Positions 1-12,864 of a stretch of DNA of 64,000 nucleotides are shown one piece after another. Position numbers and translations under genes: made by a program. Source of the stretch: Vermamoeba vermiformis (Eukaryota); contig JBEWZL010000209.1 in assembly GCA_045837725.1 (NCBI GenBank), positions 248,001 to 312,000 of the forward strand, read 5' to 3'. Below the pieces are notes generated by a model. It was not told the origin of the DNA. It searched no databases and was given only the letters and a program-made list of their open reading frames with translations. Numbering within the stretch: position 1 is the stretch's first letter; each line of letters opens with the position of its first letter.

Positions 1-3000
1 TGCATGAGGAGACTCGAGCGAATAGCCCAATTCAAAGCCAAGCACTCCGAACTCACTCAACGTGGAGTCAACAATATCAATGGAGGCCTTGGCACTGGCC
101 AGTTGTTGAAGAGGGAACCAAGTCTTGCCTGTGTTTTGATCGTGCATGACAGCGTGACGATGAGAGAAGGGACCGCGTTGACTGTCTTGACCGGCAAGAC
201 GGACGTGATGGCCTTCTAACAACAGAGTCCCAAAGGCCAGTGCTTCGGCAGTAGCCCAATCAAGTCCCTTGCCAGTTTGGAACATTTGCTTCTTAGCTGC
301 GAGCAATCGACTGGACCCAAAAAATGATCGTCAGTATCAAGGTACATATGGCCGTATATGTTCATAGAAATCTTACGTCAAAATAGGATGAGGAGTGAAA
401 CCGTCAGGGAGGCTGGTGATGACCTCTCCGATGTACTTAAGGACATCTGTAGGGGCACCAGTACATATGTTCTGGATGCGAGCATCTGTCTTGGGGCCTA
501 AATTATACGAGTAAGCTATCTACTGCACATTGTTCAATCAATTCGAATTGTCAGATCCGATCCGATCAACGACCGACCGACGTACTCTTAAAGTCCTTCC
601 ATTTGGACTCCAACCAGTCGCTAGCTATAGGCTTATAGCTCTTGCTCGCTTCCATAGCTTGATTCAAAGTGGCATAGATCCGTTCCTTCATGCGAGAGAA
701 GGCGTCTTTGTTAGTGAGTCCTTCGTGGGCCAATCGTTCATAATAGTAGTCCAAAGTGGCCTTGTGTTGCGCAATGTTCTTATACATCAACGGTTGAGTG
801 AATCTAGGTTGGTCTTGTTCGTTATGGCCAAAGCGTCTATTCATTACATTAGATCATAAAAATTTCGAAGAGAAACAGAATTTTTGTAATATTTGAAATA
901 GCCGATTACGTACCTGTAGCAAATGAGATCAATAACTACAGATTTTTTAAACTACAAATTAAAGCCGTTAGCAAATTGGAGCGGACAGACGAATTTTCCA
1001 AATGCACCTTTTGTCTCCATTCAGTGGCCAACTGGCAAGCATGAACAACTGCTTCGGGGTCGTCTGAATTAACGTGGAATATAGGAGCGCCAATAGACTT
1101 GGCGATATCGGTGCAGTACTAAATAAAAAAATGAGGATCTGCTTTCGTCGATCGGAAAATTAATACGAACGAGAAATAGCTAAATTCTATATAATATATC
1201 ATGTTGCCAAATTAATATTCTTACTAAACCACCACGCGAGTTTTGAGGGTTGGTAGTGAACCCAACTTGATTGTTGATGACAATATGAACGGTACCTCCA
1301 GTAGTGTAGTCAGCAACACCAGCAAAGTTCAAAGTTTCCCAAACAACACCCTAGATAATGAAATAGATCAGCATTATCAAAATATTCGCGTTATCCTAGC
1401 TGTTGTACTAACTATTGGTTAGATGTTGAATTTTCGATCCGAAACTTTTTAATTAAAGGGGGAACTTACTTGACCAGCGAATGAAGCGTCTCCGTGCAAT
1501 TGAACAGCCATTGATTTGCTTCGCTCAACATCACCGCTGTAGTATTGTTTAGCACGTGTCTTGCCCTCAACAACTGGATCAACAGCCTCCAGGTGCGAAG
1601 GATTGGCCAAGAGCGACAAGTGCACTATCTTGCCACTGCGTGTCGGTCTGTCGTACGAGGTGCCCAAGTGATATTTGACGTCACCAGAGGCCCACTCATC
1701 GTAGATAACAGCACCTTTCTCGAACTCGTAGAACAGCACTTCGAGAGGCTTGCGCACGACGTTGCCGAGCACATTCAACCGACCTCTGTGGGCCATACCA
1801 ATCACAATTGATTCCACGCCAACGTTAGCAGCTGTATCGATCATAGCTTTCATGCCAGGGATCAACGCTTCGCAACCTTCCAGACCAAATCTAAAACAGG
1901 ATCGTTATTCACTTAGAAATTGGTAATTATTTAAATAAAATTGGAAATATCGTCAACATAGATAATAGTTGAAGTGTAGTACGCTAATAATCAGGCCTTA
2001 TTATTATTAGTATTTTTAGTATTTGTCTAACAAAAGCTTTTAAAAATAAATTTGACGCTGTTTGATACTAAAATTTACCTCCTCTGAATGGGAAACTTAA
2101 AGAACAAAAATTGTTCGAAGAAAGTGGCCCAAGCAAGCCGATCCAAAATGAGAAGTTTGTCATCCTGTATTGCAATACAAAGTGTTTATAATGGCTATTA
2201 TTAAAAAGAAATTACTACGTTGATATCGTAGCATAATTTAACTTCAATTAATGCAGATTTGATTGCGTGCTGCTTTCCGGTTCGAAAACGTTTTCTGAAT
2301 AAGATTTTTGTTGGAGTCAAGGTTATAACACGTCACCGGGCACAGTAATTTCCTATTAATTGGTGCCTAATACTCAGAATTTACAAATGAAGTTAAAGTA
2401 TTTTAGAGCACGACGATTATTGGATGTTGATAGCAGTCCAAAAAAATAGTAAGCATACAAAACACGATATAATCGATAATTGATAGTCTAAAAAATAGCC
2501 AAAAATTGTACAAAATTATATTGTAATTTTTCTGTGGCTTACCTTGCTAAAAGAATATTTTCTCTCGGTCTCGAATTGTTCTTTAATCCAATTGATCTCC
2601 TCGCGGTTTTGAATGTGCATAAATTCTACACCAATATTGTTGCAATAGGTTTGCTGGAGCTTTTCTATAATTTCGCGGAGGGTTCGCTTGGGCTTGTTAC
2701 CGGACAGGAATCCAGAGATGAGGCCTGCGTTCATCGGAATATAGAATTCGCGGTCCATATCAGCTTCAGTGAAGCCATAAGTCTCAGGTAATAATTCAGG
2801 GAATACGTGGGGCATGTACATTCCCAGAGGATCGGCTTTGGCTTGCGTGTGGCCACGTACTTGATAACTACGAACAAGCAGCATAATCTTCAAGCTGTCT
2901 TCGATAGTCTTTAAGTCTACCGTTCCTGATGCAGCTGTCTGAGCGAGGAAAGGCAAATCTTCGAGCGAGATCACCGGATTTGCAGAATAGTCTCCAGGTT

Positions 3001-3310
3001 GAATTCCATTCTCTATCCTTGAGAAAAATTCGGCCCATGAGATTGGAACATTTGCAGAATCTTGCTTCCATAAATCATACAGATGATCTAAATAATTGGC
3101 CGCAGAAAGCCAACTTTCCGAGATCTGCTTCAGTGTTGAGAGCGTTGGAGCAGCAGATTGCGTAGAATAATGGTCCAATGGAATACATATACCATGTTGA
3201 GCCGTCTTAGCTTGCTTTCGGTGGACGGCGAATAGGGCAGATGAGCGAGATGTGGTAAGGCCTTTCTTCGCTAATGCACAAGCCCTCCGCAATAACACTC
3301 GGGACAACAT
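1..3310 (-). CDS. OGDH: 2-oxoglutarate dehydrogenase E1 component, mitochondrial (multi-exon; 3' end runs off the window start)
   Basis: Exon translations contain [75 protein letters not shown] and [16 protein letters not shown]. The Arg-rich N-terminus [11 protein letters not shown] (ATG at 3310) looks like a mitochondrial presequence. Confidence 0.96.
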
Positions 3311-3761
3311 TAGTAGTGGATATGACTTCAAAATTTGTTTGCTCAATTTATAGGAAGGCGTTTTGTACAAAACTGAGTTCAATTAGAACAAAATCACGTG
3401 TATTTGCTTCTATTTAGAAGGTTCGGGAAATCACTGTTGCTGCTGTTGACAGTCAAAGAGGCCATGCTCTGCCAAGTAAATCGGGTAAATTGCTAATAAA
3501 CAATAATGCCTTAAGTCTGGTCGGTTTTCCGATCCCTTGTTGTCTACGACATCCGCACAAAATAATAACGTTCTTCTCAAATAGCCAATAAAAAAAACCA
3601 TGAATCGCCAATGATATGCGATCCACGATGTTAAATTACATTTACTATAATACATCAGATTTCTTGCAACAGTTGGTCGTACACTTAACGATTGTTCGAC
3701 GCTATAATACAGCATAGTTATTTCAGCGCTGCGTGTACTAACAAGACCAACTGCTCTCGAC

Positions 3762-6700
3762 TCAGCTCAAGCCCGATCTGTCGCCCACATTGGCGCGAAC
3801 AAGACAACGACGAGCAAATCTACGTTTAAGAATCATTAGTCCATAATGTTTTCTGCAAAAACTAATGTTGTTACGGTACCTCTTCCCAAAGCCTTTGCCA
3901 GGCAATGAGGGCTCCGTTGAAGGATGCGATCTTCCGTGCACCAAGTCCAACCTCTGTTTGTCAGGCGCTGCTATGCCCGCGAGCACAGATCTGTCCCGTG
4001 GTCCAAAAAATCGGATCATGTCAACCGAATGTCTTCGCACCAGCAGTATTGTATAGCACAACCGCTGATGCCCGTCCCAATCAGTAGCGTTGATAGTGTC
4101 GTAGTCGTGTAAAAGAATACGCTGCACTAAGTTTTTGTCAAAAGAAGCCCAACTCGGCCAAGTCTTCGGCAGTCGTGCGTTCAGATCCGCGATCTAAGCG
4201 AAAAAATATGAGGTCACAATTTTGTGCATAATAACAAATATCCTACGCTATAATCAGTAAGTATGTTATCAGCGTCGTGCCAGACTAATAGTCGAGGATC
4301 GTACAATGTCGGTCTAATTGAAAGCAATAATATTAGTTGAATTTCTTAGTATTTTTTTAACAACTAATGAATCTCGTACCCCGAAGTCGTGAAGGGCCTA
4401 ACACTACCAAAGGCAGGCAAAGTTGACCAATCGTTAAGCTGACCTGCAAAACGGTCCCTCAACTGATCAACCACGTCTGAAAATATCGATTCGTAGCGAC
4501 TTGCGTAGGAATTTAAACGACCGTAAATCTCGCGATCTTCAAAATAACGTGTCGTTTGGTGCATTCCTTCAAAGTTCAAGTAAAAAGTGATGATATCTTC
4601 GGCAGAAGTTGAGTCCCTAATAATGACAATAATTAGCTCCGCTCTTAAGTATTGAGATCAAACTCCTACTCTGCGAGACGCAGCATCACAACGCATTGCT
4701 CAATGTTCGGTCTGTTGTTTGGATCTTGCATACAGCAGGCAATAACTATTTGCTGAAGTTGTTTGTCGCTAATATTTTCTTTAATCAAGGCAATTCGCTC
4801 GTTCTCTTGAGATCGTACCCGAAAGCACATTCCCGTTATCATCTCGTACAAGACTGCACCAAACCTAGCGAGTACAAGAAATCATTAAATGACTCGCTCT
4901 CACATTCTTGATGCAAAACTTACGAATAGATATCAGCTTTTTCGTCGTACAATCTCTCTTCGAGGACTTCAGGAGCCATGTAGCAAAGTGTGCCTGCAAC
5001 GGTCTTTGCCAAGGATCCATCCCGCAATAATCTGGCCGTACCGAAGTCGGACAGCTTGGCCGTATTGTATTTGTCAAACTGTTGGACATTACGAGTAAGA
5101 TCGGGTGTTATTAACATCGTCAATAGACTTACCAAAACATTTGCAGGTGTGAGATCACGATGAATGATCTTCGGGTACCGAGAGTGCAAATACCTCAGGG
5201 CCCTGGCAATGTCGAGTGCGAAGTTAATGACATTCTTGCGTGAAAGTGGAACATTTTGATTAGGCAAAGGGTGAAGTCTATCCTGCAACGAGCCGTTCAG
5301 TAACTCCATAACCAGCTTCACCGGACTAACTTCGCCGAACTTATTGTCGTCAATCACACCATAAGACTCGACGATGTTTGGATGCTTCACCGACCTTATA
5401 TTATGAAGTGTTAGTACGATTGCTTTGCATCCAATATCAACACTTACAAAGCACGGTAAGCCTCTTGACGGAAGGCCTCAGTGTGGCAAGCCGACTTGAG
5501 AATTTTTACGGCTACATTTTTGTCGTTGAAAGTGCCTTTGTACACCGTTCCAAACGTTCCTTCGCCAATTTTTCGGTCGAAAAAGATCTTGACGTCATCG
5601 GACGGGATTATTTGCCCAGATAAAGGTTGCGCAGGATCAACAAGGAGCCGCTTGTTCATTATTGCATCCACGCGAGACTCGTGCCTCATAGACTCGGAGT
5701 CGTTGTTTAGGAGCATGTTGGTGATGCGCCTAAGTGAAGAGAATTGAGAGCAACGATCACTTAGAGTAACTTCAGACGGTCTAGTGTCAGAGGACGGGAA
5801 ATGGGTGGTCATCGTAGAAACTCCTTTCGTGCGGACAGAATTTCTTTTGAGGCTTAACATCACACTGACGTTCCATTCAACAGGCAAATACGCCGCCTTG
5901 TTTGCAGTCATAAGCTCGCAAAGTGGAAGGTCAGAAGAGCCGACTAACTCGTCGTCAGCAGCAATTTTGTGGTTCCATACTTCAATGTGCAATTGTGCGT
6001 CATCGTTTGGAACCTCGAGCACGGCTACCGAGTCAAAGTCTGGATAAATGTTCTTACGAGTTGTAGCTCCGTTCAGTGTCATTTTGACCTATGGTTCGAT
6101 GAGTTGCTATTCATTGAGCTTCGGATTAAATACGTATATTTACTTACATATGAGCCGTTGTTAAGTGCATTGCTAGCCTTTACTGAAAAGGAGCTGGATA
6201 TTAATACAAAAGATATCAAACTACAAATGCCTACCCGTTACGAACAGACTTCCAACACGACAGGAGTAGTATAATCTAAATGAACGGTAAATACTCCAAG
6301 GCTCATTCATTGATGCACTTACTTCAGTCCAATACTTTCAAATCGTTCCGTTGAGGATGACAGATTCTGCGAGCTTTCGCCTTAAAATTTGTTCTTTATC
6401 AGTAACCTTTCACCGAAAAACACTGATGTTGAAAACTGAACAACTCTGTTCAACGGTTGAAATCGATATTTAAATGTGCGATAATTACCAGGAATTAGTG
6501 GCTTGTAACCAATCTTCTTGTAAGAATTTCCTTCTTTAGTGCCATCCAGCTTGTCCACGACCGGTTTCTCTCGTCGCAACAATGGCAATACTAATTTCCA
6601 TTCAGTGTGAGATCTATTATTAACTTCAATGAACTCATCGAGTATCACATCCGTAGTGCCGATCAAATTATCGTTGGTCACTTTGTCGTAGTCCCAGACT

Positions 6701-8132
6701 TCAATGTGCAATCGCGTGAATAATTCGAAGTTCGGAGGAATAATAAATTGACAATCGTAGTTGAAGATTGGGTTCAAATTCGACTTGATAATTTGACTCA
6801 CGGCGGTCACGTTGTTCAGCGTCATTTTGACCTGTTACAAAATTACGATAAGCTTTCGTATTAAGCCAAAATGGTACGCTTGTTGGGTAGTACTTACATA
6901 TCGATCAGAAGTTCCATCAACATCCTTGGCATCGAGATTGGCACATGACAAAACTGCACCGGACAAAACATTAATTCATTTCTACGATTAAAATTCGTTC
7001 GAACGAAAAATTTGTACATCGAATAAAGGCTCGTTCTGTCTATGAATAAATCTAATAACAATGCTGGGTACATGCCTGTGGCGCACAAACATCCTTCTCG
7101 TTTCAGACCAGGCGGAATGTACAAAAATCTTTCAATACTTGTTAATATGGCTCGTCTTGCTAATTATTGTAATTCTATAATTACGTACTGTAACGAAATC
7201 ATTCCAGATTTGTAGCCCAATCCAATCTTCGTGTCAATAATTTTTTTGCGCTCTTTAAATTGCTCCTTTTGTTTGGCGGAAGGTCCACTATCAGTGACTA
7301 TGTTTGTGAGCTTCTGAAATACACGTCCTACGGCTGTTGCAGCGTGTCCTAACTTATTCTAAATATAGCCGGTTAGATTTTTTACTTCAGAAGTCAGCTG
7401 TAGGAACTGGAAACCGTTGTGGTTAGCCAGCCTGTTACGCATTTTTTGAATCAATCCAATCTTTCCGGATTGAATATGGATGGTAATATGAATTATCAGG
7501 ATTACATAGATCTGCATGAGATACTTACTCCGTATTTGATATCGATGTAAAGAAGACCTGCACCTAAAGTTTGTTCTTTTTTGGTGCTATGCAATACGAA
7601 CCACTTCTTGTCATAAAAAGAAATGTCGTCCAAGTTGATACGCACGTATCCAACTTCTTCGCGCTGAGGATGTAGCAAAAAGTTACCCTCGACATGTCAA
7701 AAAAGATTCTTTAGTTACCTTCGCTCCCTTCTTTTTAGCAAATAAAAATATTACTATAGCTTCAGCTTTGGCTGGATTCGGCATTAAAAATGGAAATTGA
7801 CGGATCTAAATTAGACTTACATTAAAAATTCATTTGGCTTGTCCCATTTAAAATTATCCTCTTCTGTTTTATCAGTCTTATATTTAGTGCTTTTTTCAAC
7901 CTTGTAGCCTTCAGATTCGGTTGACACAAATAACTCGCAAAAATACTGTGCACCTGCGAGTAATTTAGATTGATGTTATTACCTTAATTAATACTGACCT
8001 AGCGTTTTAGCCAAAAGTTTGTCGATCTGTAAGACTAAAATCAAGTCAGAAGTTATTCAGGATCCGTAGGGAAATTAATTTCTTACTTGATACAGTAATA
8101 TTATGACACCCAAGAGGTGCGTTAAAAGACAT
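3762..8132 (-). CDS. Multi-C2-domain tyrosine-kinase-like (TKL) protein kinase with a degenerate ankyrin-like C-terminal segment
   Basis: Kinase motifs GEGTFGTVYKG, VAVKILK, HPNIV, IIHRDLTPANVL, SDFGTAR and GTLCYMAPE (4920-5600). Two clear C2 domains (LNPIFN..LHIEVWDYDKVTNDNLIG; LHIEVWNHKIAADDELVG) and a probable third at the N-terminus. GT-AG introns link the kinase to exons at 4617-4381, about 4314-4250 and 4193-3762. Both termini are approximate. Confidence 0.8.
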
Positions 8133-8329
8133 CTTAAGATGTAGTAACCAGATCGGACCAAAAAAAAAAAGAATCGCTATTCAAAGAATACACTTTGTGA
8201 CTATCCAATTTCAAGTTCGATCGGTCGATCAAATGAGCGACATGCGAAAGTTATGCCTATTAGCTCACCAGAAGACTGTTGTCTCAAAGGGGGCGAAAAT
8301 TAACTTTCGAAAAATCAAAGGACCAACGT

Positions 8330-9550
8330 TTAATTACTACCAGCAGCACGTTGTTCCAAATTCTCAAGGATGTGTTTGTTAGGGTAGCTGCCTTGCTTGT
8401 CAAGATAAAAGCGGATCGTCTTGTCTTGATTATAGGGATTTCTGAAAGACAACGTGTAGAACGATGACTCGCCGATAGGTAACTGCTTTCTATAAATCAT
8501 TGATGAGGCTGGAAACTCGACAGACTAAATACCAAGAGATATTAGTGGATCTGGCAACACAGATCTCGGAACGCTATACAAAGCTGCTTAATATTTAATA
8601 AAGCTAAAGATGCTCATAAACTATTATAAGTAGCATCTACTATTTATATATATGACGGCACTGCATAAGGATATTTCCCGATCTGTTTTGTCACGTACCT
8701 TCGTGGCCGTAAAGAAGTTCATTATTCCGACTTTAACTTTATCGTTAACGTACTAAATAAATATTAATAAATACCATGTTATATATCTTTTCCATTGCCA
8801 CTTACATCGACCTTCAAGGCGATCTTCTTTCTGAAAATATTGAAAGCGATATTGATTGCAATACCATAAGCCATAACACCAACACCAATAGCCTATTTAG
8901 CGATTAAATTAAGATTACTATGGTTAATGCCGTATGATCTATTGAGCTACCTTTTTAATGTTGGCTTGGGCAGGATCTCCGAACTGTTCAGCCTTAGTGA
9001 TCAATAAAGGTCCAAAATATGCTGATATGGCCAATTGACTCCATGCTGTAAGACCGACAACTCTAAATTGCCGAAAGGTGAGCAGATCTCGTCACAAGCG
9101 AAACGGATCAAGCCAATGCGAGGTACTTGATCATAACTAACTACACGTACCTGTATATTGCCTTGGTAGAAGGCCTAAGCTCGTATAAAGAAACGCTGGA
9201 GCTGGTTGCAGTGCTGCACAACCTTAATCCAAGATCGTGAGTTTCAACATGATTTAAAATGCTCCAGAAAATCAAATTATTTTTCTAACCTCTCTTTAAC
9301 ATGTATTATATCGTATTCATTGTACGTGTCGATAAACAAAAGCGCAGGTAATTTTTAAAAATTATTTGATCTGATCCTTTTTAACACGAGCTCGATTACG
9401 GTCTGTAATGATTTGAATATTATTATCACACACGCACCTCTTTAAATTCATTTGAGTAATCGGTGAGAGGCTCTTTGCAACAAAGTGGCTCGAAATATTG
9501 AAGCTCTTGGGAGCAGCAGTGACAGGCTTGAATGTGTTGTTCGAGTACAT
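8330..9550 (-). CDS. TMEM223/TMEM70-family mitochondrial inner-membrane protein
   Basis: Hand-spliced six exons give a Ser/Lys-rich presequence-like N-terminus and two hydrophobic helices (VVGLTAWSQLAISAYFGPLL; AIGVGVMAYGIAINIAFNIF). The C-terminal RFYLDKQGSYPNKHILE resembles the TMEM223 'FLLDKxGxFPN' motif. Confidence 0.6.
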
Positions 9551-9579
9551 TATTCAGTCGTTCAAATGTGCAATATTAA

Positions 9580-11152
9580 CGTTGTTTTATGCAATACTCG
9601 GACCGTTGTTGTTCTTTACGAAACAAAAATAGAAACGCTAGCAATCCTGAAAGAGATTGCACAAGCTCCTCGATTAAATTTAATCTCCCAACGCTTGTTC
9701 TAATCGAAAAATAAATCGTATTTGCATTAGTCTGCGAGTATGAAGCTATCGTGTTAGGACATCTGATCTGAAGTAAACAAGAGAAGTGAATAAAGAGACG
9801 TTGTTTTCGTTTTGTATTTTTTGTTTTGTTTTGTTTTCGTTCTTTTGCTTTCCTTTTATTATCGCTACTAACGCATCTACAAGATCCGCTAATAAAAACA
9901 TAAAATTATCATTATAATTACAAAAATCGATCTTGCTCGCAATAACACCAGTGAAAGCAAAATCTAGCATTAATCATAACTTGGGCTTCAGATAGATGAA
10001 GTTAACGAGATTGAAGCACTCGACTAAGGACTCGAGCGTCAATCCCCAGATTCGTTCTGGTGCTGAATCCGCTTCATCCTCTTCAAGGGACAATACGAGA
10101 CTAGGACATACAGCCTTCGAGTTGATTCTCAATGGGACGAATTGTGGGTTCTTGAACATAACATTGCGAAGTCTGTTCACCGGAATCCAACGTGCTCTAT
10201 TGCAGATCTGCTGGTGACAAGGCGCGATCTGCAAAAAGACAAACGGGGAGATGACGAATGGTTCCCCGTCCTCTGGTTGCACGTATCTATGTGATAGTAG
10301 TATCGTTATTATCAGCACCAGTAACGCGTTGGATCCAGATTTAAATTATTAGTTCGAAAGCCGGAAATTTATTCAAGATTAATGACGGAATTTTAACGAA
10401 AGCTTATGTATTTTAGCATATTAATGGCAAATTAAGTCACAAAGTATGAAGTAATGATTACCTGTCGTCTAAGCGTCCGATAGCGCGAAAGACGGCTTCA
10501 TCCCCCAAGTCCAAGCCAATATCAGCTCGGCACTCATTGATTGATACGGAGATCATATCATCGGAAGGACACACGTCGGGTCTCAACCCACCAGGGAAGG
10601 CAACCTTCATAAAAGACGATCAGAAACGACATTCGGATTTGTGGGAATTATGTAATTTTTAATAAATGGCGCAGAAAATCCATTACAAATTAATTCTTTT
10701 GCGGGAATAAATTTGTCTATAATTATTAGGTGTTTTGCCATGCTTAATTCGATTGAAAAAGCGCCGATAAATTGCATTTGATCGTTACTTACTCCACAGC
10801 CCAATTTATCCGCACGAATATTCTCAGGTCTACGCACAATCAACACTTCTAATTGTCCTGAGTGTCGCATTGAGCGTAATTTATGATCAGCATCATTAAT
10901 ATAAGAGCCATTGGTGGGCGCCATGGAGATGTGCCCCGTCTGTTTTTTGGGAACGAAACGGAACACCATAGCCACAGCGCTTCTTAGATCATAATCGATC
11001 GTGTACGGCTTGTTTTGATTGAGCTGCGAAAGAAGGTTCATAAAGAAACAGTAATCTTCATTCGCGTTGTCAGTGCTTGGATCATAGACAGATGGATGGC
11101 TGTTTCCGTGCAATCTTCGCCTGGTGAGTATGCTTCTTCGACCTACGAGCAT
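9580..11152 (-). CDS. Nudix-fold protein of the CoA-pyrophosphatase (NUDT7/NUDT8/Pcd1) type with a degenerate Nudix box
   Basis: RSAVAMVF...LEVLIVRR...G|VAFPGG...IGLDL...IGRLDD...ISPFVFL...RIWGLT, the motif order of CoA-type Nudix proteins. The 3' exons (9970-9580) are uncertain. Confidence 0.7.
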
Positions 11153-11620
11153 GTTCGTCACTCTTACACTTGTTCCTGGGTAAACTTAAAACAAATATAT
11201 AAAATAAACAAAGGGCCTTTGTGTTCTTGTTCTGAGCTAAACAAGCGAAAAAAAACAAAGTCCGAAACGCGGACAAAAAAACCTGGCGGTCGGAAATTTC
11301 ATAGAAAACAGAATTTTGGACCAATCCTGTAGCAGAGATACAGAATTTTTTCTATGTTCTTAACGAGCGACATATGCCTACGTATGAACACCCTAACACC
11401 GCTTTCGTAGCTTGATCACGTTACGAACGGCTGGATTCGACGCATCTTCCTCGTACGTTTTACCTCAAGTTTTATTAGTACTGAGGTAATATGTTGTTAC
11501 AAGTGTCTCTACGGAGCATAGAGTTGATTGCACGAGAAAAATTTGTTCGTAGTTCGTTCAATTGTCGAAGAAATTCACCACTTAGTTCGTGTTCTTCTTT
11601 TGTTTGCTAGAGCAATGGAG

Positions 11621-12384
11621 TTAAGGTCTAAATAACTAACAACAGGGAATAGGAATACTAGGTCATATAGTCATAATATCTTCTGCGTAACTCGAGCAAA
11701 ATACAAAATTCAGACGAGCTACTAAATTTCAAAAGATACGCGATCGAGTAAATTTCAAAATGAAGCTCGATGAATTTCTAAAACACAGATATGACGGTAA
11801 ATAAGTATGATAAGGATACCTTTGCCAGTATTGGTCCATGCCGACTTGACTGTCTTGTTGAATAGCCTTCTCGCGAACCTCAGCAACGTTGGTCACTTCA
11901 ACTTCGTCGTTGCGAATCAATTTGGAACCAAAACGTTGACCCTTCTCGCCGACATCGTTCTTGTATAAGTAATAATGTTAATATTGCGAGCAAAAAAACA
12001 GGATAAAGTAATTAGCGGATTTGAAATTGTTTCCGTTACTTACAACATAATCAGGATCGGTGTCCCAGTCGTCGTCGTTGTTGGCCTAATTGCAAGCATT
12101 AGAACAAAAAAAGTAGGTCTTGAGACAAATACAGAAAAAATCTTTGACGCATCCAGCCGAATTTCGTTTACAATAGCTCCAAAAAATCAGAAATAATACC
12201 CTAATATTTTACTATAATTACGAGTAATTATTGGTAATATTAGAAAGCGAAATGGAGCATAAAGAATCTTCAACAGACAATAAGCTTACGTCACGCGTCC
12301 GTTTGACTTCTACACTATACGTACCAATTTATCAGGCATATCGTCTTTGCGAGTAATAGGGGTGAGGTTATTGTAGACAGACAT
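11621..12384 (-). CDS. 82-aa microprotein consisting of a cortactin/HS1-like N-terminal acidic (NTA) region only
   Basis: Exons 12384-12325, 12085-12044, 11959-11820 and 11627-11621 (all GT-AG, frame-consistent) give MSVYNNLTPITRKDDMPDKL-ANNDDDWDTDPDYV-NDVGEKGQRFGSKLIRNDEVEVTNVAEVREKAIQQDSQVGMDQYWQR-P*. Compare cortactin [23 protein letters not shown]. Confidence 0.8.
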
Positions 12385-12741
12385 GATTAGTCTTGTGTTT
12401 GTTATTTAGCTAATAATGAAAATAAGGCATTCCACCAATTTTACTGCTGAGTACGCAACGGCAGCCGTAGAAACTGTTTGCTATCCTCAGTTATTACTGC
12501 GCTCAATTTATTTGTCTCATATTAATATTAAGAGACCTCTGTGTTGATTGCGTTTGGAGCAGATACGAACCATCTCAGCCAGCCGATCGAGCGTGCGCCA
12601 AAAATAAAGGTAATATAAATATAATACGTGAAAATATTAATATACGAGGTAAATTACTAACTGTACATTTATATACAAGGGAATTGAGATCTAGCACAGC
12701 ATCTAATCTGCTTTGTATTGAGGGTAAGAAGCTCTTCAAGT

Positions 12742-12820
12742 ACTAAAACGCTATCTCGGCCATCGAACCATAATTATATAATTAATTTTAGTGGTTCGCG
12801 CGTCATTCAAGCGTTTTAGT
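12742..12820 (-). promoter_or_regulatory. SECIS element (type II-like) in the 3' UTR of the Rdx-family selenoprotein gene
   Basis: Minus strand reads ACUAAAACGC-uuga-AUGAC-gcgcgaacca-cuAAAau(uaauua-ua-uaauua)-ugguucgauggc-cGAga-ua-GCGUUUUAGU. It has a perfect 10-bp helix I, the AUGA/GA core, helix II and an apical AAA with an AU-rich mini-stem, about 45 nt after the stop codon. Confidence 0.88.
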
Positions 12821-12864
12821 TTTGACGATCAACTTGTCTCGAGCAGATTCGTTCTATAATCGAC

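Noticed and set aside
11430-11462. Minus-strand AAAACGTACGAGGAAGA resembling U3 snoRNA box C'
   Set aside because: No box A/A', box B, box C or terminal box D found at suitable spacing.
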